The position numbers and the translations under genes were made by a program. This document shows, piece by piece, positions 37,274-45,445 of a stretch of DNA of 64,000 bases; positions within the stretch are counted from its first letter, which is position 1, and every line of letters begins with the position of its first letter. Under the pieces are notes generated by a model. The model was not told where the DNA came from, did no database searches, and saw nothing but the letters and a program-made list of their open reading frames with translations. Origin of the DNA: an uncultured Clostridia bacterium (GTDB lineage: Bacteria; Bacillota; Clostridia; Oscillospirales; CAG-272); NCBI GenBank assembly GCA_947628165.1, contig CANQYV010000001.1, positions 12,314 through 76,313 of the forward strand, written 5' to 3'.

Positions 37274-37990
37274 ATGGATAACGTATCCGAGATGGACGCC
37301 GGCACGAAGATACTCGTTGTCGACGACGATGTGAATATATGCGATCTTTTGCGGCTCTATTTTGAAAACGAGGGTTACGAGGTCAAAACCGCGAACGACG
37401 GAAACGAGGGAATATCTCTTTTCCGCGAATATCAGCCCGATCTCGTGCTTCTCGATATCATGCTCCCGCGCAAGGACGGGTGGCAGGTGTGCCGCGAGAT
37501 AAGGGAAGAGTCTAACAAGCCCGTTATAATGATAACGGCGAAGGGCGAGGTCTTTGACAAGGTGCTCGGTCTTGAGCTCGGAGCCGACGATTTTGTCGTC
37601 AAGCCGTTCGACATGAAGGAGCTTGCGGCGCGCGTCAAGGCCGTGCTCAGGCGCACGACGCACAGCGACTCGCAGACCGACAACGCCGTCGTGAAATTCG
37701 ACAATCTCGAGATAAATATCGAGAAGTTCGAGCTCAAGCTGTGCGGAAAGTATATAGAGATACCTCCGAAGGAGCTTCAGCTTCTGTATTTTCTCGCGCT
37801 CAACGTCAACCGTGTTTTTACGCGCGACCAGCTGCTCGACAAGGTGTGGGGCTTTGAGTATCTCGGAGACTCGCGCACCGTCGACGTTCACATCAAACGC
37901 CTCCGCGAGAAGATAGACGGCGCGTCCGACAAATGGTCGCTGAAGACCGTCTGGAGCGTAGGATACAAATTCGAGTGCCTCGGTTCGTAA
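37274..37990 (+). CDS. OmpR-family response regulator
   Basis: KILVVDDD, LLDIMLPRKDGW, and a wHTH ending in WSVGYKF. ATG 37274 chosen within the track ORF. Confidence 0.9.
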   Translation: MDNVSEMDAGTKILVVDDDVNICDLLRLYFENEGYEVKTANDGNEGISLFREYQPDLVLLDIMLPRKDGWQVCREIREESNKPVIMITAKGEVFDKVLGLELGADDFVVKPFDMKELAARVKAVLRRTTHSDSQTDNAVVKFDNLEINIEKFELKLCGKYIEIPPKELQLLYFLALNVNRVFTRDQLLDKVWGFEYLGDSRTVDVHIKRLREKIDGASDKWSLKTVWSVGYKFECLGS

Positions 37991-38063
37991 CGCCGGGATG
38001 CTCTTATCATGAAAAAGCGGGACACCTTGCGGCGTCTCTCTTTTTCTTTCGCGGGGTAGTGAT

Positions 38064-39515
38064 ATGTTCAGGTCGCTGTTTACAAAATATATAACCGTTT
38101 TCATGCTGATAATAATCGTCAGCTTCATAATCCAGATATCCATAATCTCAACGCTCATAGGCAGCTATTCGACGACGTCGAAGGAGCTGTCGCTTTCGCG
38201 CGCGTCCGACGTGATAACGGGCTTTCTTTCCTCCGATTATTCAGGGAGGGGCTCGGGAGATTTCGGGCGGTATGTTGTGGAAAACAGCACCTCGATAAAC
38301 GGAACGCTCGGCATGACGATGGAATATGCCGGCGACCTGTCCGTCGTTGTGACGGACAGGGACGGCGACGTGCTTTTGATCATAGGCGACGTCGGCGGCA
38401 AAGACGAGCGCACGGTCGGCAAGGATATAATGGAAAAGGTCTTCTCAGACGAAAAGGGCACGTTTATTTCGGACAAAGACGATGAGGCGGAGGGCGTTTT
38501 TGAAGGCGTCATGTACGTTTACGGTTCGGCGATCTACGGCGGCGGAGACGTCGTCGGTGCTGTGTTCACATGCTCGTCTTACGTCAGCACGGATACGCTG
38601 CTCGACTCGCTGATAAACAGCTCGATAATGTCGAGCCTTTGGATAATGCTCGCGGCCCTTATCGCCGTTTACTTTATAAGCGAACGCGTCACGAGCCCTA
38701 TAAAGAACATGAGCGTCGCGGCAAAGAGCTTTGCGGCAGGTGATTTCAGCGCGCGCGTCGTAGTCACGGGAAACGACGAGGTGACGGAGCTTGCGACCGC
38801 GTTCAACAACATGGCGAGTTCTCTTTCAAACCTCGAAGAGACGAGGCGCACGTTCCTTGCGAACGTTTCTCACGACCTGAGAACGCCGATGACATCCATA
38901 TCGGGATTCATTGACGGAATACTCGACGGGACGATACCGCCCGAGCAGCAGTCGCACTATCTCGGCATAGTCAGCGCCGAAATAAAGAGGCTGTCGCGCC
39001 TCGTGAATTCGCTCCTTGACATAACCCGCATCGAGGCGGGCGAGAGAAAATTCAATATGACGCGCTTCGACATATGCGAGATGGCGCGTCAGATAATAAT
39101 CTCGCTTGAAAAGCGCATAGAGGACGCGAAGCTGTCGGTCGAATTCAACTGCGACAGCGACAATATTTATGTTTTGGCGGACCGCGACGCCGTGTATCAG
39201 ATACTTTACAACCTTTGCGACAACGGCGTCAAATTCTCGCGCGATGGGGGAAGGTATCGCGTCAGCATACGTCACCACGGCAAGAAGGTGCGCGTCAGCG
39301 TCTACAATGAGGGCGTCGGCATCGCACAGTCGGAGATACCGTTCGTATTTGACAGATTCTATAAGACGGACAAGAGCCGCGGCCTCGACAAGAGCGGCGT
39401 CGGCCTCGGTCTCTATATCGCAAAAACCATAATAGACGCGCACGGCGAGGAAATAGACGTGAAAAGCGAGTTCGGCAAATACTGCGAGTTCAGCTTTACG
39501 CTCGCGGCGGACTGA
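38064..39515 (+). CDS. sensor histidine kinase (2 TM with a ~150-aa external loop, HAMP, HisKA, HATPase)
   Basis: H-box NVSHDLRTPMTS, N-box YNLCDNGVKFS, and G-boxes NEGVGI and GVGLGLYI. Confidence 0.9.
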   Translation: MFRSLFTKYITVFMLIIIVSFIIQISIISTLIGSYSTTSKELSLSRASDVITGFLSSDYSGRGSGDFGRYVVENSTSINGTLGMTMEYAGDLSVVVTDRDGDVLLIIGDVGGKDERTVGKDIMEKVFSDEKGTFISDKDDEAEGVFEGVMYVYGSAIYGGGDVVGAVFTCSSYVSTDTLLDSLINSSIMSSLWIMLAALIAVYFISERVTSPIKNMSVAAKSFAAGDFSARVVVTGNDEVTELATAFNNMASSLSNLEETRRTFLANVSHDLRTPMTSISGFIDGILDGTIPPEQQSHYLGIVSAEIKRLSRLVNSLLDITRIEAGERKFNMTRFDICEMARQIIISLEKRIEDAKLSVEFNCDSDNIYVLADRDAVYQILYNLCDNGVKFSRDGGRYRVSIRHHGKKVRVSVYNEGVGIAQSEIPFVFDRFYKTDKSRGLDKSGVGLGLYIAKTIIDAHGEEIDVKSEFGKYCEFSFTLAAD

Positions 39516-39537
39516 CGCGGCGCGGGAAATATTAAAA

Positions 39538-39569
39538 CTCCGTTCGGAAAGGTCCGAACGGAGTTTTTT
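39538..39569. terminator. bidirectional intrinsic terminator between convergent genes
   Basis: 11-bp perfect stem ctccgttcgga / tccgaacggag with loop aagg. It is flanked by aaaa and tttttt. Confidence 0.8.
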
Positions 39570-39594
39570 CATCCGGCGCATGCCGGACGATCGA

Positions 39595-40254
39595 TTATTT
39601 TTTTGCCGCCTCGCGGAGCTTTTTTACGGCTCCCGAGATGTCGGGGTCACCGAATACCGCGCTGCCCGTGACGATGACGTTTGCGCCCGCGCCGACGGCC
39701 GTCCCGATATTTTCTCTTCTGATGCCGCCGTCGACCTCGATCTTGAAGCCTTTGAGCCCGCGGCGGTCCGTCTCTGCACGCAGCGCGCTGACCTTTTCAA
39801 GGGTTTCGGGGATTATATGCTGCCCGCCGAAACCCGGCTCGACAGTCATTATGAGTATCATGTCGGCGTCGTTTATGTACGGGAACACTGTCTCGATCGG
39901 CGTTTTCGGGCTGACCGTGAGTGAAGGATGGACGCCGAGCGTGCGTATTTTTGAAAGCGTTTTGTGCGGATCGCTCAGCCGTTCGATGTGGACGGAGAGA
40001 AAATCGGCGCCGGACTCGCAGGCAAGTGTGACATATTTGTCGGGATCGTCTATCATCAGATGGACGTCGAGCGGTATGCTGAAATGTGCGCTAAGCGATT
40101 TGATTATAGGAAAGCCGAAGCTGATATTCGGGACGAAGACGCCGTCCATGACGTCGACGTGTATCATGTTTGCGCCTCCCGCCTGAGCGGCGGCGACCTG
40201 TTCACCCAGAATTGCGAAGTTTGATGCGAGTATGGACGGGGAAATGTAGATCAT
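39595..40254 (-). CDS. rpe: ribulose-phosphate 3-epimerase
   Basis: ISPSILASNF ... HVDVMDG.FVPN ... MTVEPGFGGQ motifs. AAGGAG RBS before ATG 40254. Confidence 0.9.
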   Translation of the reverse strand: MIYISPSILASNFAILGEQVAAAQAGGANMIHVDVMDGVFVPNISFGFPIIKSLSAHFSIPLDVHLMIDDPDKYVTLACESGADFLSVHIERLSDPHKTLSKIRTLGVHPSLTVSPKTPIETVFPYINDADMILIMTVEPGFGGQHIIPETLEKVSALRAETDRRGLKGFKIEVDGGIRRENIGTAVGAGANVIVTGSAVFGDPDISGAVKKLREAAKK

Positions 40255-40293
40255 AAAAAACTCCTTTGTCGCTTGCGGGATCAAAAAAATTTA

Positions 40294-40323
40294 TTGACAC
40301 ATAGACGGGGTGATTTTGATAAT
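40294..40323 (+). promoter_or_regulatory. promoter-like element on the plus strand (antisense orientation to the local genes)
   Basis: TTGACA, 18 nt, GATAAT. Confidence 0.35.
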
Positions 40324-40382
40324 AAACGGTCAGAGCGTTCAAAATGAGACGCCGATGCCCGATGTGAGGCAAAGGACGCCTG

Positions 40383-40411
40383 TTGACAGCTTTTCGGCTG
40401 TGCCATATGAT
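40383..40411 (+). promoter_or_regulatory. near-consensus promoter-like element on the plus strand, pointing antisense into ispF
   Basis: TTGACA, 17 nt, TATGAT. No plus-strand gene follows until 42091. Confidence 0.4.
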
Positions 40412-40519
40412 ATTACGGGAAGCGAAACTGCCTGCTCGCAGCTTCCCCGAATATCTAAGAAACGCGCGGCTGTCGTGGGCAGGGACGACAAAAATAAAGG
40501 ACGGAAGAGCAGATGGGAC

Positions 40520-41026
40520 TTACGGCTCCGCGCTTATGATAGAACCGATGAGGGCGACCGCGTGAGCCGCGATGCCGAGACGGGAGCCGGTAAAACCGAG
40601 CCCCTCTTCAGTCGTGGCCTTGACGTTGACAGAGTCTATACCGACGCCGAGCGCGTCGGCAATACGGCGTCTTATCTCTCCGATATAAGGGGAGAGCTTC
40701 GGCGTTTCCGTTATTACGGTGGCGTCGACGTTTATCACGCGGAAGCCCTTGTCGCTGAGCATACCGGAAACGGTTTTTGCAAGCGAGAGGCTGTCGGCGC
40801 CTCGGTAACGCTCGTCCTTGTCGGGAAAATAGTACCCTATATCGCGAAGTCCGGCGGCTCCGAGCAGTGCGTCCATTACGGCGTGCGTCAACACGTCCGC
40901 GTCCGAATGACCGAGAAGTCCCGGATGGTCCGGAATATGAACTCCGCCGAGAATGAGCGGACGCGAGGTGTCAAACCTGTGGACGTCATACCCGTGACCT
41001 ATTCTGATCTGTGTATTGTCCGTCAT
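40520..41026 (-). CDS. ispF: 2-C-methyl-D-erythritol 2,4-cyclodiphosphate synthase
   Basis: IRIGHGYDVHRF ... GHSDADV ... motifs and the canonical ~160-aa length. Confidence 0.95.
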   Translation of the reverse strand: MTDNTQIRIGHGYDVHRFDTSRPLILGGVHIPDHPGLLGHSDADVLTHAVMDALLGAAGLRDIGYYFPDKDERYRGADSLSLAKTVSGMLSDKGFRVINVDATVITETPKLSPYIGEIRRRIADALGVGIDSVNVKATTEEGLGFTGSRLGIAAHAVALIGSIISAEP

Positions 41027-41775
41027 CGGGGCAGTTCTCTTTCCTTTCGGCGCCGCAGGATCTCCTCGGCGCGAATTATATCTTCGGGGTAAGTTATCTT
41101 TATGTTGTCGGCGCCGACATCAACGAGCTTTACTTTAAAGCCGAGGCGCTCCGCGAGCATACAGTCATCCGTCGCCTCGAACTCTTCGTCACGCGCCGTA
41201 TAAGCGCATGCGCGGTAGAGATTTGCGGAGAAAACCTGAGGAGTTGACACGAGCCACACTCTGTCTCTGTCTATCGTATGGTCGATAAAGTCGTGTCCGT
41301 CGGAATACTTTACGGTGTCGACGACGCGGCTTGCGGCGGCGGCGGCGCGGTATTTCACGGCGGCGCGGCATACGCTTTCTATCATTTCGGGCGTGATAAG
41401 GCACCTTGCGGCGTCATGCAGCGCTATAAGGTCCGCTTTAGGATTGCACGCTTCAAGACCGGACAGCGCGGAGCCCTGCCTTGTGCTTTTTCCCGGGACG
41501 AGCCGTTTCACTTTGGCGGGAAGCGTGCCTGACGAAGTAAGGGCCGCCTTCCGTTCGCGGAAGCCGTCCGCGGGGAGGACAAGCACGATCTCGTCAATAA
41601 GAGGGCATGAGTCAAACGCGGTGAGCGTCCTTTCAAGGACCGTCATCCCGCCGACGAGTGCGTCGACCTTTCCGCCGCCGAAGCGTGAAGCACTCCCGGC
41701 GGCAAGGATAACGGCCGAGCACGTCGCCCGCTTGACGTTCAGTATTCTGTCAAAATTATTGAAAACAATCTTCAT
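41023..41775 (-). CDS. ispD: 2-C-methyl-D-erythritol 4-phosphate cytidylyltransferase
   Basis: AVILAAGSASRFG P-loop-like motif. 4-nt overlap with ispF. Start uncertain (ATG 41775 or GTG 41790), and neither has a strong RBS. Confidence 0.88.
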   Translation of the reverse strand: MKIVFNNFDRILNVKRATCSAVILAAGSASRFGGGKVDALVGGMTVLERTLTAFDSCPLIDEIVLVLPADGFRERKAALTSSGTLPAKVKRLVPGKSTRQGSALSGLEACNPKADLIALHDAARCLITPEMIESVCRAAVKYRAAAAASRVVDTVKYSDGHDFIDHTIDRDRVWLVSTPQVFSANLYRACAYTARDEEFEATDDCMLAERLGFKVKLVDVGADNIKITYPEDIIRAEEILRRRKERELPR

Positions 41776-41817
41776 GCGAAAAACGCTCACTGCTTTTTAT
41801 TTTGACGAAAGGCAACT

Positions 41818-41974
41818 ACATTAAACCACGAAGCAAAAATGCTTGCTTGCAAGAGCATTTTTGCGAGGCCGTCAATATCGAGCCGGCGGCGAAGCCGCCG
41901 CAAAAGCTCAGCTTTTGAGACTTGCAAAGCACAACTTTGCAAGTCTGCGAAGATATTATACCACAAGCAAATCC
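41818..41974 (-). repeat. copy A of a two-copy structured element (candidate sRNA or cis-regulatory leader) upstream of ispD
   Basis: Core at 41825-41964. The minus strand starts with GTGACA, 17 nt, then TGGTATAAT (-10 at 41955-41960). Four hairpins follow: 41918-41946, 41901-41917, 41885-41899 and 41833-41864. It ends in TGGTTTAAT about 43 nt before the ispD ATG. Confidence 0.6.
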
Positions 41975-42025
41975 GTTTGTCACTATACGTCGGATATTAA
42001 GTTTCACATTTTTTGTATCATAAAC

Positions 42026-42054
42026 TTGCCGACGGGGGCAAAAAGTGGTACAAT
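42026..42054 (+). promoter_or_regulatory. candidate promoter of pepD
   Basis: TTGCCG, 17 nt, TACAAT, with an upstream TG (extended -10). Confidence 0.5.
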
Positions 42055-42090
42055 TACGGACAAGAGTTCAACATACGGAGGTCACTTGAA

Positions 42091-43515
42091 ATGGCATATA
42101 TCATAAACGGCAGGGAGCCGGAGAAGCTTTATCATCGCTTTGAGGACATCGCCTCGCTGCCGCACGGTTCGGGAAACGAAAAGGCGCTTGCGGACTACAT
42201 CGTAAAGTTTGCGGAAGATATCGGACTTTATGTCCTGCGCGACGAAAAAAACAACGTGTTCGTAAGAAGAGACGCGTCGCCGGGGTATGAAGATCATCCG
42301 CCGGTCCTTATTCAGGGGCACATAGACATGGTCTGCGAGGCGGACCCTGATGTGAAAATAGATTGGGAGCACGAGGGCGTAAAGCTGCGCCTTGACGGTT
42401 ATATGCTTTCCGCAAGCGGGACGACGCTCGGAGCCGACGACGGAGTCGCCGTCGCCATCATGCTCGCGCTGCTCGAAGATAAGGGGCTTTGCGCGCCCAC
42501 AATAGAATGTCTTTTCACAACGGAAGAGGAAACGGGGCTCACCGGCGCGTCCTCTTTCGATTATTCCAACCTAAAATCCCGCCGCATGATAAATCTCGAT
42601 ACGGGCGGCGAGGTAATAATAGTTTCGTGCGCCGGAGGGATGAGGACCCTGATCTCGGCAACCGCAGAGATGCAAGACTATAAAGGCACTGTTATGACAG
42701 TTTCCGTCGACGGGCTTGCGGGAGGTCATTCGGGCGCGGACATCCATCTCGGGCGCGGAAACGCAAATCTGATCGCGCTTAGGCTTGCGGAGGCAGCAGG
42801 CGGGCAGCTCGTGAGCATTCACGGCGGCAGCAAGGACAACGCGATCCCCTCAAGATGCAGAATTTCATTTGCATGTGAGGATGCGGACGCCGCAAAAAAA
42901 GCCGTTTTAGAATGCGAAAAAAAGATAAGGGAAGAGCTCACCGAGGCGGACGCGGGGATGAAAACAGCCGTCTCGACGGAAGAATTTGAAGGGAAGATCC
43001 CTTGCCGTGACTTTACAGACAGGCTCCTTTCATTTACTTCCGAGGTGCCGACCGGGGTTATCTCCATGTGCGAGGCGATAGACATGGTCGAAACGTCTCA
43101 GAATTACGCGATAATAGATCTTGACGAGAACGGCAGATTTGCTCTGCATCTTTCGGCTCGCTCGTCTGTTGACGAAGTTCTTGACAAAATGGAGCGAGAG
43201 ATCGGTGCACTTGCCGCAAAATACGGCTTCCGCGCCGAGACAGGCTCAAGGTACAACGGATGGAGCTACGAGCCGAGCTCGCCGATAAGAGACGTATATA
43301 TCGAGGTTTACCGCGAGACGGCAGGTCATGACATACCCGTTATGGGCATCCACGCCGGGCTCGAATGCGGCATAATCAAGCGCGCCGTCCCCGACATGGA
43401 TATAATAGCGACCGGAGCCGTCACCCTCGGTGAGCATACGACGAGGGAAGCGCTCGACCTTAACTCCTTCGCGCTCGTTTACGAAACCGTGAAGAAATTA
43501 TGCAGTCGTCTGTAA
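42091..43515 (+). CDS. pepD: aminoacyl-histidine (Xaa-His) dipeptidase
   Basis: MAYIINGREP ... SLPHGSGNEK start after a GGAGG RBS. M20-family motifs HIDMV and GADDGVAVA. Confidence 0.9.
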   Translation: MAYIINGREPEKLYHRFEDIASLPHGSGNEKALADYIVKFAEDIGLYVLRDEKNNVFVRRDASPGYEDHPPVLIQGHIDMVCEADPDVKIDWEHEGVKLRLDGYMLSASGTTLGADDGVAVAIMLALLEDKGLCAPTIECLFTTEEETGLTGASSFDYSNLKSRRMINLDTGGEVIIVSCAGGMRTLISATAEMQDYKGTVMTVSVDGLAGGHSGADIHLGRGNANLIALRLAEAAGGQLVSIHGGSKDNAIPSRCRISFACEDADAAKKAVLECEKKIREELTEADAGMKTAVSTEEFEGKIPCRDFTDRLLSFTSEVPTGVISMCEAIDMVETSQNYAIIDLDENGRFALHLSARSSVDEVLDKMEREIGALAAKYGFRAETGSRYNGWSYEPSSPIRDVYIEVYRETAGHDIPVMGIHAGLECGIIKRAVPDMDIIATGAVTLGEHTTREALDLNSFALVYETVKKLCSRL

Positions 43516-43526
43516 CGGCAAATGAC

Positions 43527-43564
43527 AAAAATAAAAAGAGCGGCACGCAAAACAGCCGCCGCTC
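43527..43564 (-). terminator. weak stem-loop terminator for the minus-strand hypothetical gene
   Basis: 7-bp stem gagcggc / gccgctc. On the minus strand it is followed by tttttatttttg. Confidence 0.45.
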
Positions 43565-43645
43565 ATAAAACAGTATCGAGAGACTATGTATCTGTGTGCC
43601 CTTTAGTTCCTAAAGGGGTTTGCAACTGCGTATCAAACTTTAAGT

Positions 43646-44353
43646 TTATATATCGAACAAAAATACGTTTGGCACAACATCGGAACCAAAAGTTTTTACT
43701 GCCATTCGATACATAGCCTTTGCATGAATTCTGTCGTGCCATATAAAACGTCTCAACACTTTTCTTAATGACCATTTCTCATCATAGCTTCCAAGATAGA
43801 TTATATTTTTTAAGAAATCAGGCTTGTCTTCGAGTGCGGCAAATCCACGCTCCCTGCACTCTAAGATTGTGCCCTCATTATCCGCAGAAACGCCTATCTC
43901 ATCGAAATAATATTCATTGACGTTCTTTGTATGCTCGTACATCTCAAACGCAGTACGAGGGACCTGACCGTAGAATGTCTCTCTGACCGGCAGACAGCTT
44001 TTATTCTTATCAGGTATTGCCTGATACAACGTCAAAAAATCAAGTGCCGATTTTAAGGCAAGGGCTTTCAAATCCGCATACTCGGACAGGCTTAATTCTT
44101 CTTTTTCCGCGTCAAAGAGGACATCTGAATCAGCGTCGGAAACCGCCAACTCAGATTGTTTTTCCTGAATTATTTCGAGTTCAAATGAGTCCGGCATTAA
44201 GTCGCCCTTCCATCTGAGATATGATTTAATTTCGGCAGGCATTTTCCGAAGTGCGATATCTCTGGAATTTCCTCTTGTAAATGCTCCGACAAAATTATCC
44301 GCATACAAAATACAGTCGTCGCCGTTATGTTCCCATACGCATCTTATTTTCAT
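43646..44353 (-). CDS. hypothetical protein: HicB-like N-terminal fold fused to a DinB/YfiT-like helical domain
   Basis: The N-terminus MKIRCVWEHNGDDCILYADNFVGAFTRGNS resembles HicB-type antitoxin domains. The C-terminus has WHDRIHAKAM-type His motifs. The gene is markedly AT-richer than its flanks. AAGGAGAG RBS. Confidence 0.5.
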   Translation of the reverse strand: MKIRCVWEHNGDDCILYADNFVGAFTRGNSRDIALRKMPAEIKSYLRWKGDLMPDSFELEIIQEKQSELAVSDADSDVLFDAEKEELSLSEYADLKALALKSALDFLTLYQAIPDKNKSCLPVRETFYGQVPRTAFEMYEHTKNVNEYYFDEIGVSADNEGTILECRERGFAALEDKPDFLKNIIYLGSYDEKWSLRKVLRRFIWHDRIHAKAMYRMAVKTFGSDVVPNVFLFDI

Positions 44354-44410
44354 TGGTAAATCTCTCCTTTGTAAATCCCGCTTGCCGAATAGTCACATAC
44401 CCGACAGTTA

Positions 44411-44572
44411 ACATTCTACCACGAAGCAAAAATGCTTGCTCGCAGAGCTATAGAGCATTTTTGCGAGGCCGTCAATATAGAGCCGGCGACGCAGCCGCCG
44501 CAAAAGCGCAGCGTTTGAAGACTTGCTAAGTGAAACTTTGCAAGTCTGCGAAGATATTATACCACCCAAATG
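44411..44572 (-). repeat. copy B of the structured element, upstream of the HicB/DinB-like gene
   Basis: Core at 44418-44565, same orientation as copy A. The minus strand has TGGTATAAT (-10 at 44556-44561). It ends in TGGTAGAAT about 58 nt before ATG 44353. Confidence 0.6.
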
Positions 44573-44638
44573 TGAAGAAATCTACTGTCCGTTAATATGC
44601 TTAATCGAATTTTTTTGAAGTTTCTGCCCACCTCGAAT

Positions 44639-44681
44639 AAAAAACGCTCCGGCGATTTTGTCCTCGTCCGGAGCGTTTTTT
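44639..44681. terminator. bidirectional intrinsic terminator
   Basis: 14-bp stem aaaaaacgctccgg / ccggagcgtttttt. It lies ~115 nt downstream of the minus-strand gene ending at 44798. Confidence 0.7.
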
Positions 44682-44797
44682 ATTCGATGTCCTTGCCAGT
44701 CTTAAAGACAAGCTAAAACAACATAATGTTTTATGACCATTCCCGCAAAGCTGCTATTTTATTTTTGACAGATGAAGAATTTTACAAACGCATATTA

Positions 44798-45445
44798 TCA
44801 ATACACGAAGTAGCCGCGGCTGCTGCGCGAGAAGATGAGCTTGTCGTGATACGTTTTCATCGATTTGTCGTTGATATTGTGTATGTGGACGGGGACGGCG
44901 CCTGGCGCGAGCGCAAGGTATTCGCCGATAGTCTCCTTCGGAACGAGCATTTTCGGCTCCACCGTCAGAAGAAAATGAACTATCTTTGCCTCGCTCTTCG
45001 AGAGCAGCAGCTTTGTTCCGTTATAATACACCTGCGCGGGCTTTCCGAGCGCGCATACGATCTCCTCGTCCTCGGCATACGACGGATCTATCTTGAACGT
45101 CTCCTTCAGGATGGTCATGAGCTCGGAAACCGCCGTGTCGGGCATGGGGGGCAGCACCGTCACCCGCTCGCTCTCGTTTATGTCATACGGCTCGCCGACA
45201 TAGATAATGATGGCGTTTTCGGCGTTGTCGGAAACATAATCCGTGAGCGCTTTGGCGGGGGAAGAGTATATGGGGGAATAAATGATGATTATGTCGACAG
45301 TGTCTATATTTTCTTTAACTCCGTTGAAATCGGACGTGTGAAAATATATTCCCGACCCGGAAAGCTCATGACGCAGCTCGTCAGTATTTGTCTTTTCATC
45401 TGCGGCGAGCAGTATCACCGGGTAATCTTTTCTGAACTTTATCAT
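44798..45445 (-). CDS. atypical response-regulator-like protein: degenerate receiver plus OmpR/PhoB-type winged helix
   Basis: C-terminal LSKSEAKIVHFLL ... VPVHIHNINDK ... SRGYFV resembles Trans_reg_C. The N-terminal half is receiver-like, but DIIIIYSP replaces the usual LLD phospho-acceptor context. Confidence 0.55.
   Translation of the reverse strand: MIKFRKDYPVILLAADEKTNTDELRHELSGSGIYFHTSDFNGVKENIDTVDIIIIYSPIYSSPAKALTDYVSDNAENAIIIYVGEPYDINESERVTVLPPMPDTAVSELMTILKETFKIDPSYAEDEEIVCALGKPAQVYYNGTKLLLSKSEAKIVHFLLTVEPKMLVPKETIGEYLALAPGAVPVHIHNINDKSMKTYHDKLIFSRSSRGYFVY

Noticed and set aside
40310-41092. 260-aa plus-strand ORF downstream of the plus-strand promoter-like elements.
   Set aside because: It mirrors ispF codon for codon, is Arg-rich and has no recognisable domain. 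The promoter-like signals are reported separately as a possible antisense RNA, not as evidence for this ORF.
41843-42106. Track ORFs 41843-42106 and 44281-44529 encode similar peptides (AFLRGRQYRAG.AAAKAQ), which suggests a duplicated small protein.
   Set aside because: The similarity is fully explained by the nucleotide repeat. The shared frame runs through consecutive hairpins, has no RBS and ends differently in the two copies.
43597-43625. Hairpin ccctttag-ttcc-taaagggg followed by gtttgcaac, which superficially resembles a CRISPR repeat.
   Set aside because: It is a single occurrence with no array, and no cas genes lie in the window.
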